Shown here: positions 1 to 10,047 of the stretch, piece by piece
How positions within the stretch are numbered: position 1 is the first letter of the stretch
How the letters are laid out: the number at the start of each line of letters is the position of its first letter
Source: Aureliella sp.
GTDB taxonomy: Bacteria > Planctomycetota > Planctomycetia > Pirellulales > Pirellulaceae
Assembly: GCA_963691875.1 (NCBI GenBank)
Contig: OY829846.1
Coordinates: 1,152,001 to 1,216,000, forward strand
Reading direction: 5' to 3'
DNA length: 64,000 nucleotides
Program-made: the position numbers and the translations under genes
Notes under the pieces: generated by a model
What the model was told of the DNA's origin: nothing
The model's database searches: none
Seen by the model: only the letters and a program-made list of their open reading frames with translations

Positions 1-1
1 A

Positions 2-853
2 AATCAGCTTCAGGAGATCGCTAACCTGCTAAGAAGTATCTCGGAAGGCAGAATTATCGCGGAGGTCGCCCCTGACTTGAAGGCCGTTTTGTCCGCATTT
101 ATGCGGCAGGATGAAAATGCGAGCTCAACGGCAGCGGGAGCTCGCCGGACAATCACACGCGAGTTCGCGGTCCGCGGAGTTTTCCGCAATCCAGATTCGA
201 GTGATCCGGTTAGTATCCTCACACGATACTTGGGAGAAGGGCAGTTATTGCTGCACCATCGAGAGTTAGGAGCAATCGCAGAAGAATTGAAGTGGACAAG
301 GCCTCGAACCCCAACGACCTACATTGCTGACGTTCGGAATCTTGGGTCCTTTACGAAGGAAGCCCAGAAGCAGAGTCTCGATATCTGCTCCGCTGCTCCG
401 ATTGTGAAACATGTGATGAAAGAGATCGACGACTCTAGGTCCATACTTTTGTTGGTTGTACTTGTCGTTTTTATCATGAGCGCGTTCGGGATATCCAACA
501 CGATGATCATGTCAGTGATGGAACGCTCACAAGAGATTGGCATCATGAAATCGGTCGGAGGAAGCAATAAACAAGTTACCTGCTTAATTCTCTTCGAAGG
601 AGCCGTCAGCGGTGCGACCAGCGGTGGTATCGCGATCTTGCTTTCTTACGTGACGGCATTCTTTGCAAGTTTCTTGGTGAGAGATTATGTTCAAGTCAAG
701 ACGCGTATGGACTTGGACGATCATGTTATTTCTATCGAGCTCTGGATGATCCTCTTCACGCTCGCCACAGCGATAGGCGTATCGTTGTTGGCTAGTCTTT
801 AGCGAGCACGAAAGGCTGCTGTGATGGATCCCGTTGACGCGATGCGACCCTAG
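2..853 (+). pseudogene. MacB/FtsX-family ABC transporter permease, 5' part outside the window; in-frame TAG at 800-802, 17 codons before the apparent natural end
   Basis: Frame is open from position 2. FtsX signature NTMIMSVMERSQEIGIMKSVG is followed by TM helices. After the TAG the frame reads RARKAAVMDPVDAMRP-stop(851-853), matching the usual (Y)PARKAAxxDPVxALR terminus. Confidence 0.7.
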
Positions 854-998
854 AGGCGACGCTGCAGATTTATTTCAGAACCGGAAACTATACGTCTCGC
901 TTCCGCGTCTTGTAGGCCGTTGCGCGCAAACGCTACAAAAGCCAGAACATCAGAGGCAGACTACACTCCTACTGTTCATTGGTCGTTTGCGACCTAAT

Positions 999-1115
999 CT
1001 CTCTGGGGAGAGTAGCGAGTAATGCGAGCGGAGCGGGGCCGTTCCAGCCCTCCCTAAACGAAGGCACAGAAGCTTCGCGTTGGTCTTCGTCCGACCCTCC
1101 CGCGAGCGGGAGCGT
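999..1115. repeat. Degenerate multi-hairpin REP-like intergenic element
   Basis: Three stem-loops: CTCTC-tggg-GAGAG (999-1012), ACGAAG...CTTCGT (1058-1090) and CTCCCGC-ga-GCGGGAG (1097-1112). Resemblance to planctomycete CCCTCCC/GGGAGGG palindromic repeats is from memory and was not searched. Confidence 0.4.
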
Positions 1116-1386
1116 AAGTTGCGAAAAGCGGCACTTCAAAATTACGCTTCAGACTGTGATTCATGAGGTCTACACCGCGCGGTTTCCTTGGACTCTTCAA
1201 AGACAGACCGGGTATAGGCAAAGGTCAGCACATCAACGTACTGATGGTCGCTAACGAGCCTGCATTCGAGTGTCTAAACCTTGCCTTTTAGGCTATATTC
1301 GGTGATACGCAAACGATGCTGATCGGCGATCGCGTTGGCTTCGCGGCTGATCGAATAGCTCGACGCGTTCTCTCCGAGCCACCAGA

Positions 1387-4300
1387 ATGAATGTCAAAGG
1401 ACTGCAAATGCTGACGCGCCGACTCACTCTATTCCTTTCATGCTTTGTAGGACTTTTCGGATCGACACTTCTCGCACAGTTTCCATCACGAGCTTACAAC
1501 CCGGAAGTGGTGCAATTGGCACCCCGCAACCTGCAGCGTTTCCTGACTGAAGGGCAGAAGGCACTTGAGGAAGAGAGATATTCCGATGGGATCGATCTCC
1601 TTTCTCTTCTAACTGGCGTAGAGGACGTGCGCGTGGCAGCGGATATCCGGGGCCAGGATTACTTTCTCGAAAACGAGATTACTCGCAACCCGCCCAAATA
1701 CTATCGCAAGACGATGAGACAGCGTGCTCTCTCGCTTCTCGGAAACATGTCCGCTAAAGGCAGGGACGTTCTTGAGATCCAGTTTGGGGTGACAGCCAGA
1801 CAGCAATTAGATGCAGCCATCGCCAGCGGAGACCGCAAGTCTCTTCACGAAGTGTTGCGACTCTATGCAGCTACGGATGCAGGTTTCGAAGCACAGCTGA
1901 TCGTGGCTGAACAATGGCTGAGTGGAGGCTCACCATTGGCAGCCGCACAGCTATACCGTGAATTGCTCTCCTACAAAGCGGCTCGAGCCAAGTACGGTGT
2001 AGAGCTCGTTCGAGCGGCATGTCAATGTTGGATGGCTGGTGGTAAGAATCCGTTGGCGGTGGAAAGCTTTCTGGAGGGTGCGAGGCTCTTCCCCGGCCAA
2101 ACCATTCAGCTCGGTGGGCAGCCAATCGTGCTGGAAGACGGTCAGAACGCACCTCAAATTATTGAGACCGCTTCACAGGCAGATAGATCGAAGGACGGAA
2201 GAACTCGCTCGGGGGATTGGCAGATCGCCGGAGGCACGCCGGCACGTAATTCGGTGAAGAATATCAGCATGCCACTACGTGACATGAGTTGGCCAGTGCG
2301 CACACACAGCAGTGTACCGGAAGGCAACGCCCTTCGGAACCAGGAGATGATCTATCGCGAACAGAGGCAAGCGCTTTTGCCTAAATCGGAAGTTCGTGCC
2401 ATTGGCGATACATTGCTGGTGAAAACCAATGCCGGCCTGATTCTTGGCGTGAACATGGCAACAGGACTTACGAAGTGGCAATACCCGCTGTGGGGTGGCA
2501 AGTCTGCTGCGAGCATGGCTGAAGAGCCGAGCTGGAGACGTGGAAGTGATTCGGGCGTCGCGCCTTTGATTCGCAATCGAGTGTGGGGCAGCGACGCTTT
2601 TGGGAAGTTTAGCTGTGATGATGAGCAATTCTACTACGTAACCGAGGCGCAGGCTCAGCGCACTCAGCAGGCTTTTTCTACTTATCGTTTCTTCTCTCCC
2701 AACCAGCTGCAAGCTGTCAACATCGCGGAGGAAGGAGCGATCAAATGGCGCGTCGGTACACCGGAAGGCGACGAACGACTTGCTCACAATGACCTGCTTG
2801 ATGTTTCCTTCCTCGGCCCGCCGCTGCCATATGATGGTGAGCTCTTCTGCGTGGTGGAGCAGCGTGGCGAGATAAGGCTGATCGTTCTGGATTCGGAGAC
2901 GGGAGCCGTAAATTGGTCACAGCAGCTTTGTTCACCATTTCAAAGCAGAGGTGGAAACGTTCGAAATTCTGTCGCAATCTCACCCACCATCTCCGATGGC
3001 GTAATCCTCTGCCCAACAGGTGCCAACGCTTTCGTCGCAGTTGACTTGGTGACTAGAGGATTGAGATGGATGATCAACTACCAAGGTGTTTCCGTCGGTG
3101 ATCAACGGAACGGCCTGCTTGGGCGAAGTACTTTTGAGCCCTCGACTGCGGCACGCTGGCAGGAAAATACTTTGATAGCCACCGACGGCTTGGCCGTGAT
3201 GCCGACGGTCGAGGGCGGCTCGCTCCATGTTCGTGACCTGATGACCGGAATGCCTCACTATGTTCGCAGTCGCCAACAAGGACTTTATGTGCTGGGAGTG
3301 GAGGACAATCGGCTGTACGTGCTCAATGCCGACGCACTCATCTGTTTAGACATGGGCAACTCTCGAGTGCTTTGGCGAGCCGCATTCCCAGATAGCAAGC
3401 AGCTTGCTGGCCGAGGGTTATGGCTAGAGGACTCTGTTATGGTTCCACTCACGAACAACACGCTCCTTCAGATTTCTAAGGCAGGTGAGATCCTTGAGTC
3501 CAAGCAACTCTCTTCGCCACTCGGAAACTTGTTCGTTCACCAAGGTAACTTGCTGAGCGTGTCGGCGACGGTTGTTACGGCGTTTCAATCCGTAGACAAT
3601 TTGCGTGAGGCACTGCGTCTTCGACTGGCCGAAGACGCCGGATCACCAGAAACGATTTGTCAGCGGGCACAGCTGAAATATGCGATGGGTGATACTCGTG
3701 CCGCTGTCGATATCTTGAAACAGCATTATCAAGGAAAACAAACGGATGCTTTGCTGCGTTCTTTCTTGGTGGATTTCGTTCTAGCTGGCCTAGAGGAAGA
3801 TTTCGAAGCTTACTACGACACGGCAGTTGCCTTCCGAGAGGCTTTTGAATCCCATCCGAAGCGTGATCAATTCTTGCGGACAATGGCCATCGGGAGCATC
3901 AACGAATGGAAAGTCATGGAGGCTTTCGACAACCTCATGACTCTATTCCAGCGTCACCTGCAGATGGCTAGCCAAGGTGCATCGAGAGAACGAATCAGGG
4001 TTTCTGCGAACCACTATGTTGCCGAGAGTGCTTGGATCAAAGCTGCATTGCACCGAAATTATCTCCAAGCGAACGCTGAGCAACGAAAGAGCATGGACAA
4101 GGAGATCGCGGCGCGGGTGGCTGGGGCCGACCAGCTCGTTCTCTCGCTACGCCTGCTGAAACTTCGCTGCTTCGCTTGGCACCCAGCAGCTGAAAGCATT
4201 CTTCTCGATTCCGCAGTCGACCTAGTGCTCAATTCAAAAGTCGACGCCTCTCTACAGACCCAGGCTGAACAGATTCTTGTTGAGCTACGAAGTTCGCCGC

Positions 4301-5976
4301 GTGAGGCCGTCGCCCTGGAAGCACGCAAGCTCCTTGGTCGTCTTACGCTTGAGGACTACGCCATGTTCGGTCCATATGAGAACAACTTGCTGGATTTTAA
4401 ATCTGCACGTGATAATCCGCTTGGCAGTGCCACAAGCAAGAGTTTGTTCGAATCCAAACCGTGGAATACCGGGCTGTTTCAATTGCTGGATCAACACCAA
4501 GTCGTTTACGTCCCGCGCGGTGGATATCTGAACACGGTTTCTGAACGATTCGGTCGGCCGGAGATTAAAGTGAAGCTGTCAGCGGATGAGCTATTACTGA
4601 CAGATCAAAACGGACGCGTTTTCGAAAAGCTACGCTTTGACCGTGCTTCAGCGGATAATGAGTCTCGCTTTCATCGCGCGAAAATTATCGGCGGTCTGCT
4701 GATGCTGCAGACAAGCTCGGAGGTTCTGGCCTTTGACCTCTATCGGGGGCGATACGACTCTCGCAATGCTTTGCTTTGGCGGCAATCTCTGCAAAGTGCG
4801 CGTATCGATGCAAATCAGAGCTTTTCAGAGAACCCGCAACGTATTCGTGAAACTGCCTTTGGCGAACCTATCCTCAAAACGCGTGCCAATCGCGTCGCTG
4901 CAATCGGCCCAGTGACTTCTGGCGGGCTTATCCTGCATCGCGGTGATACTTTAAGCTGCGTAAACCTCTATACGGGCCGAGAACAGTGGAGTAAGTCTGG
5001 ATATCCGACACCTGTCACACTCGCGACGAAGGGCAAAGAGCTCGCAGTGGTAAATCGAGCGGCTGGCACCGTGGAGTTTCTTGATTCGACGGATGGAACG
5101 GAAGAGCGTGGACGACGCAATAAGATTGAGCCTGGTTGGGAGCAATGGACCGCGCAGGGCGTCTACGTAGTCGATTTCCAAGAAGGTGAATCCGCGAAGG
5201 TTACGGAAGAGGCGGGATTGACTTCGGCGGGTAGCTATAGTCCTGCCTTTAAAATCTGGAGCCCTTGGGACGACAAGCCGCTGCTCGAAACAGCCATGTT
5301 GCCCATATCCAGCAAAGCAACGATTTGTGAAGACCGTTATGTTTGCATTGCGGATCAAACTGGAAAGCTGCACATTGTGGATCTCAAAAACGGAGTGCAG
5401 CGAGCCTTCGATGTTCCAATCGACGACCAGCTCGAAGCCATCTCGGCCATGCGATTCGGCAGCAAATTGATTGTTTCGAGCCAAATGCCGCGCACGGATG
5501 AAGAGAAACGAGTCGTCGACTTCGAAAACGAAATGACTGCACAATTGGCGATGACAAATGGCAACGTCTACTGCATAGATCTAGACAGTCTTGAGCTTGC
5601 TTGGGAAAAGCCGGCTCGACTACTGAATATGTTTGCTCCATTGCGACAACCACGTGGCGCGCCGTTTCTTTTCTCCTTCCGAATCAATCCATCAGAGACT
5701 CGCGGCGAGAAGTCGCTGACACTCGGATTTTTAGATTTGCGTAATGGTAAGATGGCATACGTGATGCAGAGCAAAACGCTTTCACCCGCCACCGCCAGAG
5801 CGACCCACGCTTTTCAGATGGAATACTCACCAGATAGCCAGACAATATCGGTGATCCTGCGAGATCAAATATTCACTTTTTTGTGCAATCCTGGACCACG
5901 CCCTCCAAGACCGGTTGCACGCTTTGGTCGAGTGAGCGTGGAAGAATCTGAGCCTGGACTCTTTGGTGCTCCTTAA
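1387..5976 (+). CDS. Very large secreted PQQ-like/BamB-type beta-propeller repeat protein with TPR-like segments
   Basis: 1529-aa ORF with a signal peptide (TLLA-Q). Propeller entry DWQIAGGTPARN and repeated blade motifs (NMATGLTKW, DSETGAVNW, DLVTRGLRW, NLYTGREQW). Confidence 0.75.
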   Translation: MNVKGLQMLTRRLTLFLSCFVGLFGSTLLAQFPSRAYNPEVVQLAPRNLQRFLTEGQKALEEERYSDGIDLLSLLTGVEDVRVAADIRGQDYFLENEITRNPPKYYRKTMRQRALSLLGNMSAKGRDVLEIQFGVTARQQLDAAIASGDRKSLHEVLRLYAATDAGFEAQLIVAEQWLSGGSPLAAAQLYRELLSYKAARAKYGVELVRAACQCWMAGGKNPLAVESFLEGARLFPGQTIQLGGQPIVLEDGQNAPQIIETASQADRSKDGRTRSGDWQIAGGTPARNSVKNISMPLRDMSWPVRTHSSVPEGNALRNQEMIYREQRQALLPKSEVRAIGDTLLVKTNAGLILGVNMATGLTKWQYPLWGGKSAASMAEEPSWRRGSDSGVAPLIRNRVWGSDAFGKFSCDDEQFYYVTEAQAQRTQQAFSTYRFFSPNQLQAVNIAEEGAIKWRVGTPEGDERLAHNDLLDVSFLGPPLPYDGELFCVVEQRGEIRLIVLDSETGAVNWSQQLCSPFQSRGGNVRNSVAISPTISDGVILCPTGANAFVAVDLVTRGLRWMINYQGVSVGDQRNGLLGRSTFEPSTAARWQENTLIATDGLAVMPTVEGGSLHVRDLMTGMPHYVRSRQQGLYVLGVEDNRLYVLNADALICLDMGNSRVLWRAAFPDSKQLAGRGLWLEDSVMVPLTNNTLLQISKAGEILESKQLSSPLGNLFVHQGNLLSVSATVVTAFQSVDNLREALRLRLAEDAGSPETICQRAQLKYAMGDTRAAVDILKQHYQGKQTDALLRSFLVDFVLAGLEEDFEAYYDTAVAFREAFESHPKRDQFLRTMAIGSINEWKVMEAFDNLMTLFQRHLQMASQGASRERIRVSANHYVAESAWIKAALHRNYLQANAEQRKSMDKEIAARVAGADQLVLSLRLLKLRCFAWHPAAESILLDSAVDLVLNSKVDASLQTQAEQILVELRSSPREAVALEARKLLGRLTLEDYAMFGPYENNLLDFKSARDNPLGSATSKSLFESKPWNTGLFQLLDQHQVVYVPRGGYLNTVSERFGRPEIKVKLSADELLLTDQNGRVFEKLRFDRASADNESRFHRAKIIGGLLMLQTSSEVLAFDLYRGRYDSRNALLWRQSLQSARIDANQSFSENPQRIRETAFGEPILKTRANRVAAIGPVTSGGLILHRGDTLSCVNLYTGREQWSKSGYPTPVTLATKGKELAVVNRAAGTVEFLDSTDGTEERGRRNKIEPGWEQWTAQGVYVVDFQEGESAKVTEEAGLTSAGSYSPAFKIWSPWDDKPLLETAMLPISSKATICEDRYVCIADQTGKLHIVDLKNGVQRAFDVPIDDQLEAISAMRFGSKLIVSSQMPRTDEEKRVVDFENEMTAQLAMTNGNVYCIDLDSLELAWEKPARLLNMFAPLRQPRGAPFLFSFRINPSETRGEKSLTLGFLDLRNGKMAYVMQSKTLSPATARATHAFQMEYSPDSQTISVILRDQIFTFLCNPGPRPPRPVARFGRVSVEESEPGLFGAP

Positions 5977-6013
5977 GTACCAGGACGATTACTGTCTGAT
6001 GTGGAAGTATTTC

Positions 6014-6565
6014 TCAAGGCTTCCTCAACCCGACGCCTACATCGTAGTGTTCAAAGTTGCTGATTAGCCAGCGCTCGTTTTGCTGTGTGAAGAATACCTT
6101 GACGAATCTAGGAGCCCGAACACGCCCGGTACCTTCAAGATCCATCGAGACAACCGCGATAATTTCAGCAACGGCAGTCCGTGGTGCTCCCTCTTCAATT
6201 TTGACCGACTTGATTCGCGTCACACGTGCATCGCGAAAATTAACGCGCGAAAGCATGGCTTCTACGGCTCGAACCGTCTGCGAAGCATCCGAATGTATTG
6301 CAGCGAGCACGGCCGCATAATCATTCTCTTCGAGCGAAGATGCAACGGAGTGTAAAGTCCCGCGTATTCGCTCAGAATCGGTTTCCACTTGGGCGCTCAG
6401 CACGACTAGCAGCGACGCTAGAATCACGAATCCAATTGCTGAATACAAACTCGCCTTTTGGGCTTTTGCATCTTCCACTTGTGTCCAAACGATGATGGCA
6501 ACTATCGCCAACAACACGCCAATAGATCCAATAAGAATCGGACTCTCAAACAGAAGCTGTGTCAC
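6014..6565 (-). CDS. Hypothetical membrane protein with two TM helices and an NTF2/SnoaL-like C-terminal domain
   Basis: 183-aa ORF, GTG start with GGAG upstream. Two hydrophobic helices, ending in KVFFTQQNERWLISN. Confidence 0.6.
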   Translation of the reverse strand: MTQLLFESPILIGSIGVLLAIVAIIVWTQVEDAKAQKASLYSAIGFVILASLLVVLSAQVETDSERIRGTLHSVASSLEENDYAAVLAAIHSDASQTVRAVEAMLSRVNFRDARVTRIKSVKIEEGAPRTAVAEIIAVVSMDLEGTGRVRAPRFVKVFFTQQNERWLISNFEHYDVGVGLRKP

Positions 6566-6871
6566 GATCTTTCTCCAAACAGAAAAGCCAGGGAGCCGCA
6601 GAGAAGATGTTTAGAGGTTTGCTGCTGAAGTTGTCAATTACCCAAAACAATTGTTCAGGTGCAAATTGCAAACAAAGTTAGCAGCCAGTATTTGGTACGT
6701 ACTCCGAAGAAAGATGTTCGCGCTAACTTTAGTTTCGCCGTAGAAGTTTCTGTCAGCATGCAGCTTTAGCAATACATCTTTACTCGCCCATCCGCGTGAA
6801 AAGATGGATATCCCGCAAATACACCAGAAGTAGGAGGCAGTTGCTAATTGGCTTGCTAGAATTGCTCAACA

Positions 6872-7045
6872 ATGGGTTGTTTCGTTGGAATCAACACCGG
6901 AACAATTTGTCTTGTCTTCACATCGCGAGCTACCTGGGCAACTGTAATGTGGCAACTAGGACTAATGCAACTTCGTGAAAACTCACTGCATATCCTCTTC
7001 TGGTGTGCACTTGGACTTCTCTTGGATGGAGCCCTTTGGGCTTAG
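6872..7045 (+). pseudogene. Possible small membrane ORF or eroded gene remnant (57 aa)
   Basis: Reads MGCFVGINTGTICLVFTSRATWATVMWQLGLMQLRENSLHILFWCALGLLLDGALWA-stop. Hydrophobic, and lies in an otherwise empty 720-bp gap. Confidence 0.25.
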
Positions 7046-7286
7046 GCAGCAGACATAGGCGCAAGTAACCGACGCGAGCAGGTCAAATTAGAGCTTCAAT
7101 CGAGATATGGTAGCCTTTCGCTCCGCGATGTATGCTCGTGCACTGGCGGAGCAAAAGCCACCCCTGTAATGAGCCCTTTATAAGTCGGGCTGACCCATTG
7201 GGCGGAAGCGGACTGAGCTTTACAATCTGATTTGCCACGTAACCGGTTGGCAAGTTTCCCTGTAGACTCCGATGTAGGTACTAGAG

Positions 7287-7958
7287 TTGAGCTCTGATTC
7301 TGAACCCAAAGTTGTATGGCACAATCAAGCCGTTGACCGAGCTGGCCGTGAAAAATTAAAAGGACACCGCGCAGCAGTGGTTTGGTTCACTGGTCTGAGC
7401 GGTTCAGGAAAGAGTACCGTCGCCAATGCGGTCGATGTCTTGCTGCACCAATCCAGCGTACACACCTATTTGCTCGATGGAGACAATGTTCGTCACGGCT
7501 TATGCGCTGGGAAACAACTGCTTGAAGAACGGCACAGCCCTGAGCTTGCGGAGCGGTTCGGACTTGGATTTAGCGCCGTTGATCGCGAGGAGAACATTCG
7601 CCGGATCGGTGCAGTCACACAACTCCTTGTATCTTCTGGCTTGCTTACGCTTACCGCCTTTGTCAGCCCGTATCGACGCGATCGTGAACTGGTTCGCGAG
7701 TGGTTGACCAAACATGGTAGCGCAGAAGATTTTGTGGAGATATTTGTGGACACGCCCCTCGAAGTCTGCGAAGCGCGAGATCCCAAAGGACTGTACAAAC
7801 TGGCAAGAGAAGGCAAGATTGCCAATTTCACCGGCATCAATGATCCATACGAATCGCCGGAGAACCCAGAATTGCACTTGGATGGCTGCTTACCCATCGA
7901 AAATCTTGCAAATCAAGTCGTGGATTATTTGGGCTCGAAGGGAATCATCAACGCGTAG
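7287..7958 (+). CDS. cysC: Adenylyl-sulfate (APS) kinase
   Basis: [13 protein letters not shown]-loop, [37 protein letters not shown]. Confidence 0.95.
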   Translation: MSSDSEPKVVWHNQAVDRAGREKLKGHRAAVVWFTGLSGSGKSTVANAVDVLLHQSSVHTYLLDGDNVRHGLCAGKQLLEERHSPELAERFGLGFSAVDREENIRRIGAVTQLLVSSGLLTLTAFVSPYRRDRELVREWLTKHGSAEDFVEIFVDTPLEVCEARDPKGLYKLAREGKIANFTGINDPYESPENPELHLDGCLPIENLANQVVDYLGSKGIINA

Positions 7959-8023
7959 AGATCGACGGCAACTGCGACAAGCTGGGCATCGCTCACGCCT
8001 CAAATTGTGCCTGGGAAGTGAAT

Positions 8024-8683
8024 CTAGTCTTTGCGTTTTCTGCGAAAAGTGAGCCAACAGAGAGTTAAGACTGTGCCGGCGGTGGAGGAGGGCTCAGGCA
8101 TATGTACCAGGGTGAAGTCGTGATTCTGGTTGTAGGCCGTGTAGCTGCTGCCGTTGGAAGTTCCGCGAGAGTTTCCGCCGGCTTGCGTTCCCCAATACCA
8201 GTTGTCGAATTCACCCGTCGTGTTGTTGATCACGCCTAGCCAGTAAGTCGTCCCAGCCGTCAAGCTGAACTCTGGGATGTCCGCTTTATAGCTAAAAACA
8301 TCGAAGCCGAAAATGTCGACGCCCGAGTCAACGCGATTCGCGTTGCCGACGGTATGCGAATAGAGTACGGCTCCAGGATTTCCATTGTTTCGCGCTCGGC
8401 GAATCTCTATCCGGAAGTCATCGCTTGCCGGTGGTGTGTTCTGGAAGGCATAGGCTCCCGTCCAGCGAATGCGATTAAAACTGGTCGCTGTAGCTGAAGA
8501 AAAGTCGTCGAACTGGGATAGAGGCCGGTCATCGTCACTTAGATAGGCGTTGGCAATGCCGCCCGCCCCGCCGACTCCATTGTTGAAGACGATAAACTCA
8601 GCCTCTGCGGCGGCTGGCCAGCTGCCAAGCAAAATCGAGAGCAACAGTAGTTGCCAGGCAGTTGTTTGAATTAACGGGCGCAT
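8024..8683 (-). CDS. PEP-CTERM sorting-domain secreted protein
   Basis: Signal peptide (AAAEA-E). C-terminal MPEPSS, then a hydrophobic helix and RRKRKD. Confidence 0.8.
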   Translation of the reverse strand: MRPLIQTTAWQLLLLSILLGSWPAAAEAEFIVFNNGVGGAGGIANAYLSDDDRPLSQFDDFSSATATSFNRIRWTGAYAFQNTPPASDDFRIEIRRARNNGNPGAVLYSHTVGNANRVDSGVDIFGFDVFSYKADIPEFSLTAGTTYWLGVINNTTGEFDNWYWGTQAGGNSRGTSNGSSYTAYNQNHDFTLVHMPEPSSTAGTVLTLCWLTFRRKRKD

Positions 8684-8942
8684 GTGAATGCCTATCGATT
8701 CCGGCGCCCCTTTTCAACTCTTTCTCATTTGCCATGAAAGCTTTGCTTGCACTCTGCGTGAAGCACGCACTCCGAGAGTAATTCACGTTGCTTCGCGATG
8801 AAAAAAAGTAAAATGACCGCCATGTATCGAATATGCGGGTTGTAATCCGCATGCGGTCGTTTTCGCTATCACTCGCTGGCCGAAGCTCTTCGAATCCTCC
8901 GTAAAACACTTGGAGTTTTGCGAAGCCATTCTGGCCCTTCGC

Positions 8943-9896
8943 CTAAACATCCGTCTTTCGGCGTCGAGGAGGTGGGGCGATTGAAGGAGCCGATGCAGAG
9001 GATCCCGTCGTGGGAGTTGTTGCTCGAACGCGTCGTCTTCGCCGCAAGAGATGCGGACGTCGAGCTTCAGCACTTCCGGTGTGCGTCGTTGTCGTGGATT
9101 CGGGGGCAGTGCTGGGTACAGCGCCACTATTTTCAATCGACTCACGCGCAAGACCGGCGAGCGATTCAGCCTCATCTGCGACAATGTCGCCGAGATACTC
9201 ACGTCGTACTTCGGGATGCTTGCGAACCTCGTCTGGATGCCCCTCGCAAAGCACGGTGCCTTTACTGATCACATAGCATCGATCTACAGTTTGAAGGATC
9301 TCTCGCGCCGCATGGTCGGTAATTAAGATCGCGATGCCGCGCTGACGGAGTTTTGCAATGATTTCCTGAATGCTTTGAACCGTAACCGGATCAATACCCG
9401 CAAAGGGCTCGTCAAGCATGATGATTTCAGGGTTAGAAACCAGACAGCGTGCAATTTCCAAACGACGTCGTTCACCGCCAGAAAGCTTGCCAGCCTTCGA
9501 ACGACGGATGTGCGTGATCTCAAAGTCCTCGAGCAATTGGTTGGTTCGGAGCTTGCGTTCGCGGTATGGAACCCCGAGCAGCTCATAGATAGACAAGATG
9601 TTTTGTTCGACGGTCAGCTTGCGAAAAACGCTCGACTCTTGAGCCAGGTAGCCCATGTGCCCTTCCGAAGCGCGCCGGTAGAGTGGCCAGCTCGTGACAT
9701 CTTTCTCCCCCAGGAAAACTTTGCCGCGATCCGGTTTGACGATTCCACATGTCATCTTGAAGCTGGTGGATTTGCCCGCACCATTCGGGCCAAGCAGGCC
9801 GACAATTTCAGCCTGATTGACGACCATACTGACACCGTTGACCACCTTTCGGCGACCATAACTTTTTTCCAATCCCTCGACATTCAGTACGCTCAT
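8943..9896 (-). CDS. lptB: LPS export ABC transporter ATPase with a long C-terminal extension
   Basis: GLLGPNGAGKST, YLAQESSVFRKLTV, LSGGERRRLEIAR, LDEPFAGIDP, ILITDH, VRREYLG. Confidence 0.93.
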   Translation of the reverse strand: MSVLNVEGLEKSYGRRKVVNGVSMVVNQAEIVGLLGPNGAGKSTSFKMTCGIVKPDRGKVFLGEKDVTSWPLYRRASEGHMGYLAQESSVFRKLTVEQNILSIYELLGVPYRERKLRTNQLLEDFEITHIRRSKAGKLSGGERRRLEIARCLVSNPEIIMLDEPFAGIDPVTVQSIQEIIAKLRQRGIAILITDHAAREILQTVDRCYVISKGTVLCEGHPDEVRKHPEVRREYLGDIVADEAESLAGLARESIENSGAVPSTAPESTTTTHTGSAEARRPHLLRRRRRVRATTPTTGSSASAPSIAPPPRRRKTDV

Positions 9897-10047
9897 TGCG
9901 ATTCTTCCTTGCAGCAATCCCTCTCCGCAGTTGCTGCGATGCTAGCTTATCTCGCAAGAAAACGAAACAGTAATCCGGCGGCTACCTGCGTCGCTATAAT
10001 GGATCACTCTTACCTCGCATTCTTTTAGCTATCATTCCTACCGAGCC

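Noticed and set aside
9375..10028. Long antisense ORFs (e.g. 9375-10028, 29141-29821, 38741-39166, 4951-5544)
   Set aside because: These are shadows of well-supported genes on the opposite strand and have no motifs of their own.
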